Assembly: GCA_934636825.1 (NCBI GenBank)
Contig: CAKUBG010000005.1
Coordinates: 47,491 to 111,490, forward strand
Source of the DNA: an uncultured bacterium
GTDB taxonomy: Bacteria; Vulcanimicrobiota; Xenobia; Xenobiales; Xenobiaceae
Direction: 5' to 3'
DNA: 64,000 bases
Shown: in pieces, positions 29,452-39,098 of the stretch
Layout of the letters: each line of letters starts with the position of its first letter
Numbering within the stretch: the first letter of the stretch is position 1
Translations under genes and position numbers: made by a program
The notes under the pieces: generated by a model
What the model saw: the letters and a program-made list of their open reading frames with translations, nothing else
Databases searched by the model: none
Told to the model about the DNA's origin: nothing

Positions 29452-31287
29452 GTGTCTATTTCCAGCAATAAAAATAAAAGTCCGCGCAGTATTTTGATCG
29501 TCGGCGCTTCCAATCTGGAGCAAGAAGCTTTTGCCAACAGTTTGGTAAGGCTTGGTTGTGATGTAAAATTGGCTTCCAGTTTTGAAGAAGCTAAAGAATA
29601 TTTGCTTTCCGGCGAAAATATACAATTTGCGGCTGTCAATACCGACTTCCCCCAGCAAAACGAAATTAGCCGTTTGCTTTTACAACATTCTTTCGATGTA
29701 GAATTATTTTTCTTATTCGATAGTTTGGCTCTAGAGCACGGCTTTACCAAACAAGTTGATGAGAAAATTGCCTCTCCTAGGGTGAGAGCGGCCTATCTTT
29801 GCTATACTTCGTTCGCTTCAGCAAAATATTCTTGTCGACTTATGCGTGCTTGTGGTACGTGGTGGGAAGTTAAAGGGCGTGAAGCTCCCGTACATGAGCG
29901 CTATCGCAAATTGCTCAATCGTGTGCGTCAGGGCGTAGTCGATACCGATAGTAAAGATATTGTGCGTTGGGCCAACAATGCGTTTAAAGGCATGGTCGGC
30001 ATGGGTAACATTGAAGGGCGTTACGTCAGCGAGTTAGTTGATGTGCGTGATATTCCTTGTTTAGATGCTGTTCAAGTGCAATTGCGTAACGGTATTATTT
30101 CTCCCTATGTAGTGCGTTTGCGCTCCAGCGGTCAAGTAGTTGAGGTTGATGCCACGCCTCGCTTCGATAAAGAAGGCAACTATATGGGAAGTGTGGCCTT
30201 AATTCGCCAGGCCCACAATATGCCTGTAGAAGAATTTGTGGCCAGCCGCAACTTAGTCAGCTTGTATAGCTTGGCCTTGCGTTTAAGCCGTGCTTTCGAT
30301 GTTTCTAAAGTTATCAATATTATTACCGAAACTGTGCGCGAGATGTGCGGCTATCGTTGCTGCGGAATTAAGCTTAAAGGTTTTGGCGAAGTTGTCGATC
30401 ATGACGTAGACGGAATAGTTTCTCCTTCAATCAAGCGGACAGTCGATTCTTTTTGCTCTCGCCTTTTGCCTCACCAATCGATTAGAGTTATCAAAGATTT
30501 AGAGCGTGATCCAGATCCTGCGGCCGCTTCGTTGCGCGAAGCAAGTCTTAGTGGCGTTGTTTGTGTGGCTCTGACCGTTGGGGTCGAACATATTGGCTGC
30601 ATTTGGGCTTTAGCCGATAAAGAAAATGCTCTTTCCAGAGAAAACAACTCTTTCCTTATTTCTGTTGGTATTCAGGCTGGTTTAGCTTTGCAAAATGCCA
30701 TCAACGTAAAGCGCCGTTTGGAAGAAGAAGCCAATCGCCGCCGTTTCTATCGTGATGCTTTAAATTCACTTACTTCCGGCAAATTGGTCTTTTGCGAGCG
30801 TGACGAGCTAGATAGTCATTGGGCTAAATGTGGCCGTGAAGTGGCAGTTCTGGCTTTAAAAGAAAAGGCAGATGTTCCTCAATCCCGCCGTATTTCCGAA
30901 AAAGTGATGGAGGAGCAGGGCTTTGGCCAAGATAGGCTCTTCGATATGGTCACTTGTGTATCTGAAGCAGCTACCAATGTAGTTAAATATGGCCCTCCCG
31001 GCAGTATGAGCATAAGAGTAGAGGATGATGGCATCCATGTTCGTTTAGATGATGTCGGCCATGGCATTGCTTTCGACAATTTGCCTAAGGCTGTACTTTT
31101 GCCCGGTTTCTCTATGGGAGAGACTCCCTCTTTGGGATTGGGCTACTCGGTTATGTTGGAAATGTGTGATTGTGTCTATTTATGCACAGGTGACGATGGT
31201 ACTTCTCTGATTTTGGAAATGAAAAAGACAAAAGCCGATCCTTTGGATGCTTTTGTGGGGTTCAGCGGCTTAGATATAAATATTTAG
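29452..31287 (+). CDS. multidomain sensor: degenerate receiver-like N-terminus, PAS, GAF and a C-terminal RsbW/SpoIIAB-type GHKL serine-protein-kinase domain
   Basis: The N-terminus ILIVGASN...AAVNTDFP is receiver-like. A PAS-like mid region is followed by a GAF-like segment (GCIWALADKENALS). The C-terminus has ATNVVKYG...DDGIHVRLDDVGHGI...GLGYSVM, the N/G1/G2 boxes of HATPase_c_2 anti-sigma kinases. Confidence 0.65.
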   Translation: MSISSNKNKSPRSILIVGASNLEQEAFANSLVRLGCDVKLASSFEEAKEYLLSGENIQFAAVNTDFPQQNEISRLLLQHSFDVELFFLFDSLALEHGFTKQVDEKIASPRVRAAYLCYTSFASAKYSCRLMRACGTWWEVKGREAPVHERYRKLLNRVRQGVVDTDSKDIVRWANNAFKGMVGMGNIEGRYVSELVDVRDIPCLDAVQVQLRNGIISPYVVRLRSSGQVVEVDATPRFDKEGNYMGSVALIRQAHNMPVEEFVASRNLVSLYSLALRLSRAFDVSKVINIITETVREMCGYRCCGIKLKGFGEVVDHDVDGIVSPSIKRTVDSFCSRLLPHQSIRVIKDLERDPDPAAASLREASLSGVVCVALTVGVEHIGCIWALADKENALSRENNSFLISVGIQAGLALQNAINVKRRLEEEANRRRFYRDALNSLTSGKLVFCERDELDSHWAKCGREVAVLALKEKADVPQSRRISEKVMEEQGFGQDRLFDMVTCVSEAATNVVKYGPPGSMSIRVEDDGIHVRLDDVGHGIAFDNLPKAVLLPGFSMGETPSLGLGYSVMLEMCDCVYLCTGDDGTSLILEMKKTKADPLDAFVGFSGLDINI

Positions 31288-31333
31288 CCACAGGCCGTTT
31301 GTTAAATAAGCTTAGTTTGGAGCGTGAAATTTT

Positions 31334-33934
31334 TTGCCAATAGTACCGCCTTTAAATACCGAAGCCTATCTTACTTATGAAGAATTGACCGCCTACTTAA
31401 ACAGCATTGCGGAAGCTGTTCCTCAGTTGGTGCGTATTTTCTCTTTGGGAAATACTATGGGCGGCCGCTCCCTGTGGGCGGCAGAAGTTACCAATACCAA
31501 TAACGGAGCCGCCTCTAGTAAGCCGGCTATTTGGATCGATGGCAACATCCATGGCAGTCAATTATCTGCTTCTACAGCTTGTTTGGCTATATTGCAGCGC
31601 CTTTCTGCTGAGTACGGACGCAGTCCCTCCATTACCGAACTGTTGGACAATAATACTTTTTATATCGTGCCCCGTCTGGCTCCCGATGGCGCTGAGTTGT
31701 GTCTGACTTCCGGTTTATCTACTTCTGCCGGTCGTCGTTTGGGATTTTTGGATGGATTACGTGAAGGTCTGGTTCCGGGTGATATTAATGGCGACGGTCG
31801 CATTTTGCAAATGCGTGTCGAAGATCCTTATGGTCAGTGGAAAGTCAGCAAAAGAGACGATCGCTTGCTTATTCCTCGTCAGCCCGGTGACGTTGGCGAT
31901 ACTTACTATCGTCTTTATCGCGAAGGTTTACTCGATAGAGAAGACGGAACTCCGATCCATTTGCGCTTAGTTAACTCTAAGCGCGAGTTGAGCCATGATT
32001 TTACTCAAGAGTGCGGCCCTATCGATCATCACTATGGTGGCAATGGCTTTGTGGGGCCTTTTTCACAAATAGAATCCCGTCTTATCAGTGCTTTTTTGCA
32101 CAGCTTAAACAATTTATGCTTGGCAATATCTTTCCGTAGCGGCTCTGGCACCATTCAAGTGACGTCAGCTCCAGAAGTGCATAGGCGTGATCAGGCCTTA
32201 ATGAAGATTTTAGCTTCAAAAGCTTCTGAACTTAGCAATATTCCCATAGAGGAAGTGAGCGAATGTAGTGACTTCGCCGACTGGGTTTATAAAGAACTTG
32301 GTGTACCTTGTTTGCGTGTTGACGGTTGGAATTTGCTGCGCGAAGCCGGTATAGAGAACCCGGCTGATAAGTCACAGGAACATGCACTGTTGGCTGTATT
32401 GCGTTGGCTTGATTACAATAATCACGGCCAAGGTTTTGCTAAGTGGGAAAAATGTGAACATCCGCAATTGGGTGAAGTTGAAGTCGGCGGCTGGGATACC
32501 TCTGTGAGTTGGAGCAATCCTCCGGTAGGCGAAATGCTGTCTACTATTTGCGAGAGCGAAGTAAATTTGGCTCTTTGCTTGGCTACAGTTGTGCCCAAGA
32601 TCGGTTTGGGTGAATGTCGCGACGAAATTGTAGGCTGGGCTGAGCCTGAAGATGGTGAGGCCGAAGAGCTGCTGCCTTTGCGTATTATTTCTGTGGAAAT
32701 ACGTAATGAAGGTTATTTGCCTACTTGGCTTACCGAAGAATTGCGCTCTAAAGACGAACCTTTAATTTCCGAAATATCCATCCCCGAGAGTGCCGAACTG
32801 CTGATTGGGCAGCATTTAAGTGAGCACGAGCAGCTCTCCGGCACAGTGTCTTTGCATTTGCGTCAAAGCTTAAATGTGCCATTTTTCAGTGGCACTTCCG
32901 AAACCGGTCGTTGTGTAGAAAATTGGCTGGTGCGCGGCAGCGGTGAGGTTGTCGTCTCTGCGGCTCATCCTCGCGGCGGCGTAGTCCAATTTATAAGTGA
33001 TGGTGGGCAAAATGCTTTGCGTCAGCGTTTCAAAGTAAGTAAGCCTAGTGCCATTATTCCCAGCACTTCGCCGGTTCCTTACGTTGTAGCTGTTACTTCT
33101 GCCGCTTTGGCCGCTGCTATTCCGCAAATGACAGGCTTAAGTGCCGCTGCCGAAACGTCTGAAGCGCCGACCTCTACTAAGGCGCCGTCTCTGCCCAGAG
33201 CTGCTTTCAAAGTGCCGTCTTCCACGAAGACAAGTGTTGGGCGCAGCTCTCTGGAGCCTACTCCCGCATCCCAAATAGCTGCAGACGAACCTACTGCGCC
33301 GCCTCGTCCTGTTGTGCGTCCGGTCAAACTGACTGAAGCTACTTCCACAACTGCCAATGAGCCTAAAGTGGAAAATACTCCTCCTGCTCAGCCCTCTGTG
33401 CGTGGAGGCTACCGTCCTATGGCTTTAGGCGGCGCCAAGCGTCCTTCGGCGGTAGAAAAGGCCAATCCACCTGCGCCTGCTCCCCAGGTCGGCGCTTCCG
33501 ATTTTGCTCGTCCTACTGCGACATCTTCTTCTGGAGGCTTACGTAAGGCCACTACTGAGCCTGCCCCTGTTCGCCATGCCGGTTCAGAAGATTCTCCTTT
33601 GCGCAAGGAGCATGCACGCCCCAGAGTACAACCTTCAGGTCGAGTTTTTGGCCAGCCACCTGCCAAAAACGGCATGGCCGCTGCTGTGCGTCAATCTGAA
33701 TCGACTGCTCGCCAGAGCCAGTCTCGCAGCGCCAGAAGCTTAGAAGAAGCAGCCGCAGCTGCCGAACGTCGTGGAGAAGTAAAGCCACATCCATTGCTTC
33801 CAAGTAAGCCTGCTCGTCCGGCTGCGCAACCTCCTGAAGCTGCCGAAAAGCAGATCTCTAGGGAAGATTTTACCGAAGATCCTTTGGCGCCGACAGCACC
33901 GTTGCTTTTGCGACGCAGCCGGGGCGATGAATAG
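31334..33934 (+). CDS. M14 carboxypeptidase-like domain protein with altered zinc-ligand motif and a ~330 aa P/A/S/T-rich disordered C-terminal tail
   Basis: The N-terminal 130 aa match the M14 fold signature (PAIWIDGNIHGSQ..., YIVPRLAPDG), but the HxxE zinc motif reads HGSQ. The C-terminal third is a low-complexity P/A/S/T/R-rich sequence of higher GC. TTG start with GGAG RBS, so the start is uncertain. Confidence 0.6.
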   Translation: MPIVPPLNTEAYLTYEELTAYLNSIAEAVPQLVRIFSLGNTMGGRSLWAAEVTNTNNGAASSKPAIWIDGNIHGSQLSASTACLAILQRLSAEYGRSPSITELLDNNTFYIVPRLAPDGAELCLTSGLSTSAGRRLGFLDGLREGLVPGDINGDGRILQMRVEDPYGQWKVSKRDDRLLIPRQPGDVGDTYYRLYREGLLDREDGTPIHLRLVNSKRELSHDFTQECGPIDHHYGGNGFVGPFSQIESRLISAFLHSLNNLCLAISFRSGSGTIQVTSAPEVHRRDQALMKILASKASELSNIPIEEVSECSDFADWVYKELGVPCLRVDGWNLLREAGIENPADKSQEHALLAVLRWLDYNNHGQGFAKWEKCEHPQLGEVEVGGWDTSVSWSNPPVGEMLSTICESEVNLALCLATVVPKIGLGECRDEIVGWAEPEDGEAEELLPLRIISVEIRNEGYLPTWLTEELRSKDEPLISEISIPESAELLIGQHLSEHEQLSGTVSLHLRQSLNVPFFSGTSETGRCVENWLVRGSGEVVVSAAHPRGGVVQFISDGGQNALRQRFKVSKPSAIIPSTSPVPYVVAVTSAALAAAIPQMTGLSAAAETSEAPTSTKAPSLPRAAFKVPSSTKTSVGRSSLEPTPASQIAADEPTAPPRPVVRPVKLTEATSTTANEPKVENTPPAQPSVRGGYRPMALGGAKRPSAVEKANPPAPAPQVGASDFARPTATSSSGGLRKATTEPAPVRHAGSEDSPLRKEHARPRVQPSGRVFGQPPAKNGMAAAVRQSESTARQSQSRSARSLEEAAAAAERRGEVKPHPLLPSKPARPAAQPPEAAEKQISREDFTEDPLAPTAPLLLRRSRGDE

Positions 33935-33935
33935 C

Positions 33936-33982
33936 AAAAAAAATAAGAACGGATTCAAAAAGAAACCGTTCTTATTTTTTTG
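33936..33982 (+). terminator. bidirectional rho-independent terminator
   Basis: ATAAGAACGG...CCGTTCTTAT stem flanked by A8 and T7 runs. Confidence 0.7.
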
Positions 33983-34012
33983 CTGCAGATTGATAAAATC
34001 GCCTTATTAGTA

Positions 34013-35047
34013 TTAGTTATAGAGGGCCGGATCGATATATTTTAACACGTGGTAAGTAATAGCCGACATAGTGGCGGCGGCGGGGAGAGTGAAGACCCAG
34101 GCTACCAAAATATTGTTGGCAATACTCCAGCGTACGGCATTTACGCGTTTAACAGCGCCTACACCCATGATACTGGCAGTAATTACGTGAGTGGTAGAAA
34201 TGGGCATGCCTAAAGCTGCAGTTGTTAAAAGGATGGTGGAAGAGGTTAAGTCGGCGGCAAATCCGTTAACAGGTTGCAAGCGAACGACTTTGGCACCTAA
34301 AGTTTTTATGATGCGCCAGCCGCCGCCGGAAGTTCCTAAGGCAATCACGGTAGCACAAGCTACTTTGGTGAACCAGCGTACTTCCAGATCGGGCTGCCAG
34401 TGGTTGGCAATTAAACCGGTGCTAGTAGCGGTCCAGAGGGCTAAAGTTATAATACCCATAACTTTTTGGGCGTCATTAGAACCATGGGAGAAAGCCATAA
34501 GACTGGAAGAGAGCCATTGAGCATACTTAAACTTGTGGCCGATGGAAGGATGCTGGTGACGCAAAATCCAGTACAGCGCGAGCATAATGCAATAACCGAG
34601 CACTAAACCAACAAGGGGGGAAACCAAGCCAGGAATGACTACGTGATCCATAACTCCCCACCACTTAACGCCGTCGGTACCAACGCGGGCTAAAGCTACG
34701 CCGACTAAGCCGCCTACCAAGGCGTGGGAAGAAGAGGAAGGCAAGCCCCAAACCCAGGTGAGTAGATTCCAGATAATGGCGCCTATTAGTGCCGATAGAA
34801 TTAGTGATTGACTATTCATGGCATCGCCTTCTACAATGCCGCTGGTAATAGTCTTGGCTACTCCGGTGAAAAGGAGGGCGCCGCAGAAGTTGCAGCAAGC
34901 TGCCATCAAAACAGCTGTTCTCGGTGATAGTGCTCTGGTAGAAACTACCGTAGCGATAGCGTTGGCTGCGTCGTGGAAACCGTTTACGTAATCGAATGCT
35001 AGTGCAATTATTACGACTGCAGCTAAAATCCAAATGGTTTCATGCAT
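34013..35047 (-). CDS. pit: inorganic phosphate transporter, PiT family
   Basis: The GFHDAANAIAT signature appears near the N-terminus and in the repeated half (GSNDAQK). About 10 TM helices. Confidence 0.92.
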   Translation of the reverse strand: MHETIWILAAVVIIALAFDYVNGFHDAANAIATVVSTRALSPRTAVLMAACCNFCGALLFTGVAKTITSGIVEGDAMNSQSLILSALIGAIIWNLLTWVWGLPSSSSHALVGGLVGVALARVGTDGVKWWGVMDHVVIPGLVSPLVGLVLGYCIMLALYWILRHQHPSIGHKFKYAQWLSSSLMAFSHGSNDAQKVMGIITLALWTATSTGLIANHWQPDLEVRWFTKVACATVIALGTSGGGWRIIKTLGAKVVRLQPVNGFAADLTSSTILLTTAALGMPISTTHVITASIMGVGAVKRVNAVRWSIANNILVAWVFTLPAAATMSAITYHVLKYIDPALYN

Positions 35048-35342
35048 TTCTTTCTTTTCTACTTTCCTATACTACGTTTCTGTATGTAAATGTGCATTTT
35101 CGAATTGAATTCATACTCTAGTTCTAAGCGATCTAATAAAAAAAGCCGTCTCTCTTTCAGCAAAGGAGCGGCCGCAGCATATTTTCGTAAATAAAATCAA
35201 CATTCCTGAACGATGGCCAGGAATGACCCGCACTTTCAGTAGCAAAACAATACAATTGTTGGAGCGTACTCAATAACATAAGGCGCGGGGAAGTTCTGTA
35301 AGGCTATTTTTTTCCCTTCTTGCTCAAAAAGAATATTTAAAA

Positions 35343-35385
35343 GGCGAGACAGATTGCTCATTTGCGATCTGTCTCGCCTTTTTCT
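35343..35385 (+). terminator. strong stand-alone terminator hairpin inside a 645 bp gene-free region (possible sRNA 3' end)
   Basis: 12 bp perfect stem GGCGAGACAGAT...ATCTGTCTCGCC followed by TTTTTCTG. No annotated CDS ends nearby on either strand. Confidence 0.45.
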
Positions 35386-35610
35386 GCAGATAAAAATGAA
35401 ACGACCCCCTTGAGTGTGAGTCATAAGGGGGACGCAAGGGATTAGGAGGAACTTTGCTTGATGCCAAAGACGGGATGACTTCGACATTTCCAGCGTTAAG
35501 ATTTCTTCAACGCTCTTAACACTTGTGATTATAAAGGCAAACATACAATAAGTCAACAATAATTTTTCAAATCATAAATTGCTAATTTACAATACTACTA
35601 CGCGTATAAT

Positions 35611-35646
35611 ACACAAAAAATGTATAAAAATATACAATTTTTGTGT
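35611..35646. promoter_or_regulatory. near-perfect 16 bp inverted repeat (candidate operator) next to a TATAAT box, upstream of the MerR-like gene
   Basis: ACACAAAAAATGTATA-AAAA-TATACAATTTTTGTGT, with 15 of 16 positions complementary. TATAAT sits at 35605-35610, immediately 5' of it. Confidence 0.45.
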
Positions 35647-35690
35647 AAAATTTACAAGGTAAAACGGATATTCAAAAGAAAACAATAATT

Positions 35691-36215
35691 GTGATAAAGC
35701 GAATTTCAGATGTAAAACAAATGGAGTTTTTGTTCAGAGCTCCTATATATCTGAGTCAGGGTGAAGCTGCCGAATTTATGCAAGTTTCTGTGAGAAATTT
35801 GCAATATTGGGAAAGCGCCGGATTGTTGCATCGAGAATCACGCCAAAGTGGGCGCGGAGCGCGTTATACCCGTTGGGATTTAATAGAAATAAACTTTATT
35901 CGGAATTTAATTTGTGAATGCGGCTTTACGGTCAATTCGCTTAAGGTCAAATTGGCTTTATTGGAAAGTCCGTATTATTACGATCCGGACGATACTATTT
36001 GGGACAACTACATGCATTGTTGGTGCAGTCGTTCTGATATAGCATGTCAAGAATTAAATAAAGTGAAGCATGCTTTCGCACCTTATGTGCGTCAAATTTT
36101 TGCAAACATGACTGAAAAAGGCGAGCCGGAGGCGGCCAAAGAAACTGTCAATATTTTACGATCTTTAGTCAGAGGACATCGCCCTAAGAAACTACGCTGC
36201 ACCGATAAGACTTAA
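35691..36215 (+). CDS. MerR-family transcriptional regulator (HTH N-terminus), hypothetical effector domain
   Basis: MQVSVRNLQYWESAGLL...ARYTRWDLIEINFIRNL matches the MerR HTH and wing pattern. GTG start at 35691 or ATG at 35721; neither has a clear SD. Confidence 0.55.
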   Translation: MIKRISDVKQMEFLFRAPIYLSQGEAAEFMQVSVRNLQYWESAGLLHRESRQSGRGARYTRWDLIEINFIRNLICECGFTVNSLKVKLALLESPYYYDPDDTIWDNYMHCWCSRSDIACQELNKVKHAFAPYVRQIFANMTEKGEPEAAKETVNILRSLVRGHRPKKLRCTDKT

Positions 36216-36512
36216 TGTTCGGAATAAGTAAAAGGCGACGGCCTTCTCAGCCTTATATGTAGGCTGTTTTTGGTTCCGAATGTTAACATGCTTAAAAAGC
36301 TAAGAATACGATAAAATCGGAATTCTGCAATTTTTCGGAAGCTATTATTAACACGTTTTTTACTTGATTGTTACAATGTATCAATAAGCTATAAATAAAA
36401 TTCAAGAGTGGGGGGCTGTACAAAAATCAGCCTGTTGGCTGCCAATATGTTACAGCCCGAACAGAACTTTTCTGCTTTGAAATTTCCACTCTTGGAAGCG
36501 AGGAGGTAGCTT

Positions 36513-37928
36513 ATGCAAATGCTGAACAGCGTATCGTCGGCTTTGTCCAATGTCGGAAAAAGCATTGCGCAATCCTCCAGTTTCGGTTCTGCGTCGTCAT
36601 TGGGAAAAGGAGCCAACGGAGCTAATACGAGCTTTACTGCCCGAGGCACTGCCACTTCTCAGTTCCAGCCCGGACAAAACCTGTTCGGTCAAGTAGTCGG
36701 ACGCGAACAGAATGGAAATTTTACTTTGCGTTTTGGCAATACAACTTTACAAGCTAGCGCCAAGTTGCCTTTCAATGTAGGACAGCAACTTAACGTGACG
36801 GTTTCCGGGCAGCAGCGTGGTATGCTCACCCTCGATATGGCAAGCACGCCGTTTTCTTCACTGAATAGCGAGACCGTTACCCAAACTTTGGTGCAACTCA
36901 ACTTGCCTATGTCCGAAGGCAACTTCATGTTAGCCAGTTCTCTAGTGGAACATGGCGCCCCGCTGGATAAAGCCACTTTTCAAAGTATGCAAAAGGCTTT
37001 AGCTCAATTGCCACCTACTTCCGATCCGGCTGTTTTCAGCTCCAGAGTTGGAGCAACTCTGTTTTTGCAAAATAGTCAATTGCCAGTTACTGGTCGCAAT
37101 ATTCTGCTTTTGAGCACTTTTCTATCGCAAAATCCTCAGGTTACTCAGCAGCTTTTCAATATCCAAAGTGAAGTCAAACGCTTGATAAATAATCCTGGCA
37201 ATATGTCTTCCAAAGCTTTGGAAATTTTGAATCAGGTGCCTGGGTTATTGGGAGAAATGGTTTTGGAGCCTGGCGGGAATTTGAAAGGTACTGGCAAGTC
37301 CAGTGGCAAGGCTGCTTTGCTCTTCGATATGGCCAAACAAGCTGGTATCGAAACCAATTTGGGCTTAGTAGGTGGAGGAAGCTCCGATTGGGAACTTTTG
37401 GCTCTGTTGCGTGAATTGCGCAAATTGACCGATGCTCAAGACGCTTCTCTGAGTGCGCTTTTCAAAAATTGTCAAAATTGTGAAGACAATTTGCAAGCCC
37501 AACGCCTGATTAACCAAGGGAAGCCCGATTCTTCTTTCGGCTTTTACTATATGCAAATTCCTTTGCGCCACGAGTTTAGCGAATCGGCTGAAGTTTGGAT
37601 TCGCTACCGTTGGAAAGAAGAAGATGGCAGTCGTGTGGTTGATATCGATGACTCTCATTTAGAATTTGTTGTCAGAACTGATTCTTTGGGAGAACTGTTC
37701 TTTAGCTTGGATATAGGTGCCGGATATGTAGAATTGACGGCTAAATCGGATGACGAATCCGTTGTCGGTTGTCTTGAAGCTTATCTGCCTGTTTTACAAG
37801 AACGTATTGAAGAGCTGGGTTGGAAGGTTGGCTTTTTTGAAGCCGTACTCAATGACAGTGTCGGGGGCCATGAGTTTGTGGGCTGTCAAGAACTTTCTTC
37901 ATTGGAGGGCGTCAATGTGCAAGCCTGA
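36513..37928 (+). CDS. hypothetical protein at the head of the flagellar rod gene block (possible FliK/hook-length-control-like), 471 aa
   Basis: Q/S/N/G-rich polar sequence. The segment GQNLFGQVVGREQNGNFTLRFGNTTLQASAKLPFNVGQQLNVTV is loosely reminiscent of Flg_hook-type beta-rich domains. AGGAGG RBS upstream. Confidence 0.35.
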   Translation: MQMLNSVSSALSNVGKSIAQSSSFGSASSLGKGANGANTSFTARGTATSQFQPGQNLFGQVVGREQNGNFTLRFGNTTLQASAKLPFNVGQQLNVTVSGQQRGMLTLDMASTPFSSLNSETVTQTLVQLNLPMSEGNFMLASSLVEHGAPLDKATFQSMQKALAQLPPTSDPAVFSSRVGATLFLQNSQLPVTGRNILLLSTFLSQNPQVTQQLFNIQSEVKRLINNPGNMSSKALEILNQVPGLLGEMVLEPGGNLKGTGKSSGKAALLFDMAKQAGIETNLGLVGGGSSDWELLALLRELRKLTDAQDASLSALFKNCQNCEDNLQAQRLINQGKPDSSFGFYYMQIPLRHEFSESAEVWIRYRWKEEDGSRVVDIDDSHLEFVVRTDSLGELFFSLDIGAGYVELTAKSDDESVVGCLEAYLPVLQERIEELGWKVGFFEAVLNDSVGGHEFVGCQELSSLEGVNVQA

Positions 37929-38217
37929 AGTTGCTAAAGTCGCTGTCAGTGTGGCTGTTTCTCCTGAAGATGGGACGACCAAAGTCGTGAGTTCGGCTGT
38001 AGGTCAAAAAGCTATCGAAATGGTCGAACAGGCTGAAAAAGAAGGTCTGAACGTTACGCAAGATCCCCAACGTGTGGGAGAATTGCTCAAAGAACAGGGG
38101 AACAAAGCAGCTATAAGCCCTCAGCTTTACGAACTTATGGCTACGGTTCTAGACTTTACTCAAGAATTGAGTGATTTAAAAGCAGGGCGCTTCGCTCAGG
38201 AGCCCGATCAAGAGTGA
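37915..38217 (+). CDS. small hypothetical protein (100 aa) between the 36513 gene and flgF
   Basis: ATG at 37915 has a GGAGGG RBS 6 nt upstream and overlaps the previous stop by 14 nt. The longer track ORF from 37750 overlaps the upstream gene and is unlikely. Confidence 0.4.
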   Translation: MCKPEVAKVAVSVAVSPEDGTTKVVSSAVGQKAIEMVEQAEKEGLNVTQDPQRVGELLKEQGNKAAISPQLYELMATVLDFTQELSDLKAGRFAQEPDQE

Positions 38218-38324
38218 GTTCTGTTAGCCGGAGGCCTTGGTAAAAAGAGGGGCTGAAGGATTTCTATAGAAACGAAAATTTGGGTTCGTATAAGGACGCG
38301 GACCACATAGTCGGAGGTGTTCTA

Positions 38325-39098
38325 ATGCTTGAAGGGATGAGAATGGCTGCTCAGGGTATGATGACCCAGGCCGCTAAACAAGATGTCATCACTAATAACT
38401 TGGCCAATGTAGGTACCGCTGGTTTCCGCAAGGAAAGTGCCCAGATTACCTCTTTTAACGAGATTCTCAATCGTGAAGTCGGTGGCATGGACGGTATGAC
38501 CCAGTCTTCTTACGAGATCTCCACCGCTCCCGGTATGGAAGTTTCCGGTAAACTTTACACCAGCTCGGTGACTCACAACGCTCAGGGTTCATTGAAGGAG
38601 ACCGGCAACCCCTTTGATATGGCCTTGGATGATAATGGACGCGGTTTCTTCACTATCCAGACCAAAGACGGAGTACGCTTTACCAGAGCCGGTAATTTCC
38701 ATCTCTCTACCAATGGCGAATTAGTCACTGCCGATGGTTCTCAGGTGATGGGTCATCGTGGCCCCATCAAATTACAGGGCAGCAATTTCACTGTATCTAA
38801 CGACGGTGTAATCTCCAGCGACGGTCGTCCCATCGACAAGATCTTGGTAGCCGTTTTTGACAATACCGACCAATTGAAGCGCACTGGCGACAACCAGTTC
38901 ACCGCCACAACCAAAGTTAGCGCTACTAACGATTTCCAGCTCAAACAGGGATATGTTGAGCAAGCTAACGTCAACGCTTTAACCGAAATGGTCGACTTGA
39001 TGATGGTGACACGTAACTACGAAGCCAACCAGAAGGTTCTTCAGGCCAACGACAAAATGTTGGAAAAGACTGTCAATAACGTCGGAACCGTTCGCTAA
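38325..39098 (+). CDS. flgF: flagellar basal-body rod protein FlgF/FlgG family (proximal rod, likely FlgF)
   Basis: The N-terminal NNLANVGTAGFRK and the C-terminal rod-protein helix (...ANVN...E..D.I...R.YEAN.K) are present. ATG at 38325 follows a GGAGGTG RBS. Confidence 0.78.
   Translation: MLEGMRMAAQGMMTQAAKQDVITNNLANVGTAGFRKESAQITSFNEILNREVGGMDGMTQSSYEISTAPGMEVSGKLYTSSVTHNAQGSLKETGNPFDMALDDNGRGFFTIQTKDGVRFTRAGNFHLSTNGELVTADGSQVMGHRGPIKLQGSNFTVSNDGVISSDGRPIDKILVAVFDNTDQLKRTGDNQFTATTKVSATNDFQLKQGYVEQANVNALTEMVDLMMVTRNYEANQKVLQANDKMLEKTVNNVGTVR

Noticed and set aside
35236-35559. A 107 aa minus-strand ORF in the pit/MerR intergenic region.
   Set aside because: Its Cys/Phe/Leu-rich translation has no RBS and overlaps terminator hairpins, so the region is more plausibly non-coding.
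36330-36360. A possible sigma-28 (TAAA-N15-GCCGATAA) promoter upstream of the 36513 gene (taaaaagctaagaatacgataaa).
   Set aside because: The spacing between the TAAA-like and CGATAA-like elements is ~12 rather than 15 nt, and the GC of GCCGATAA is missing. Too weak to call.
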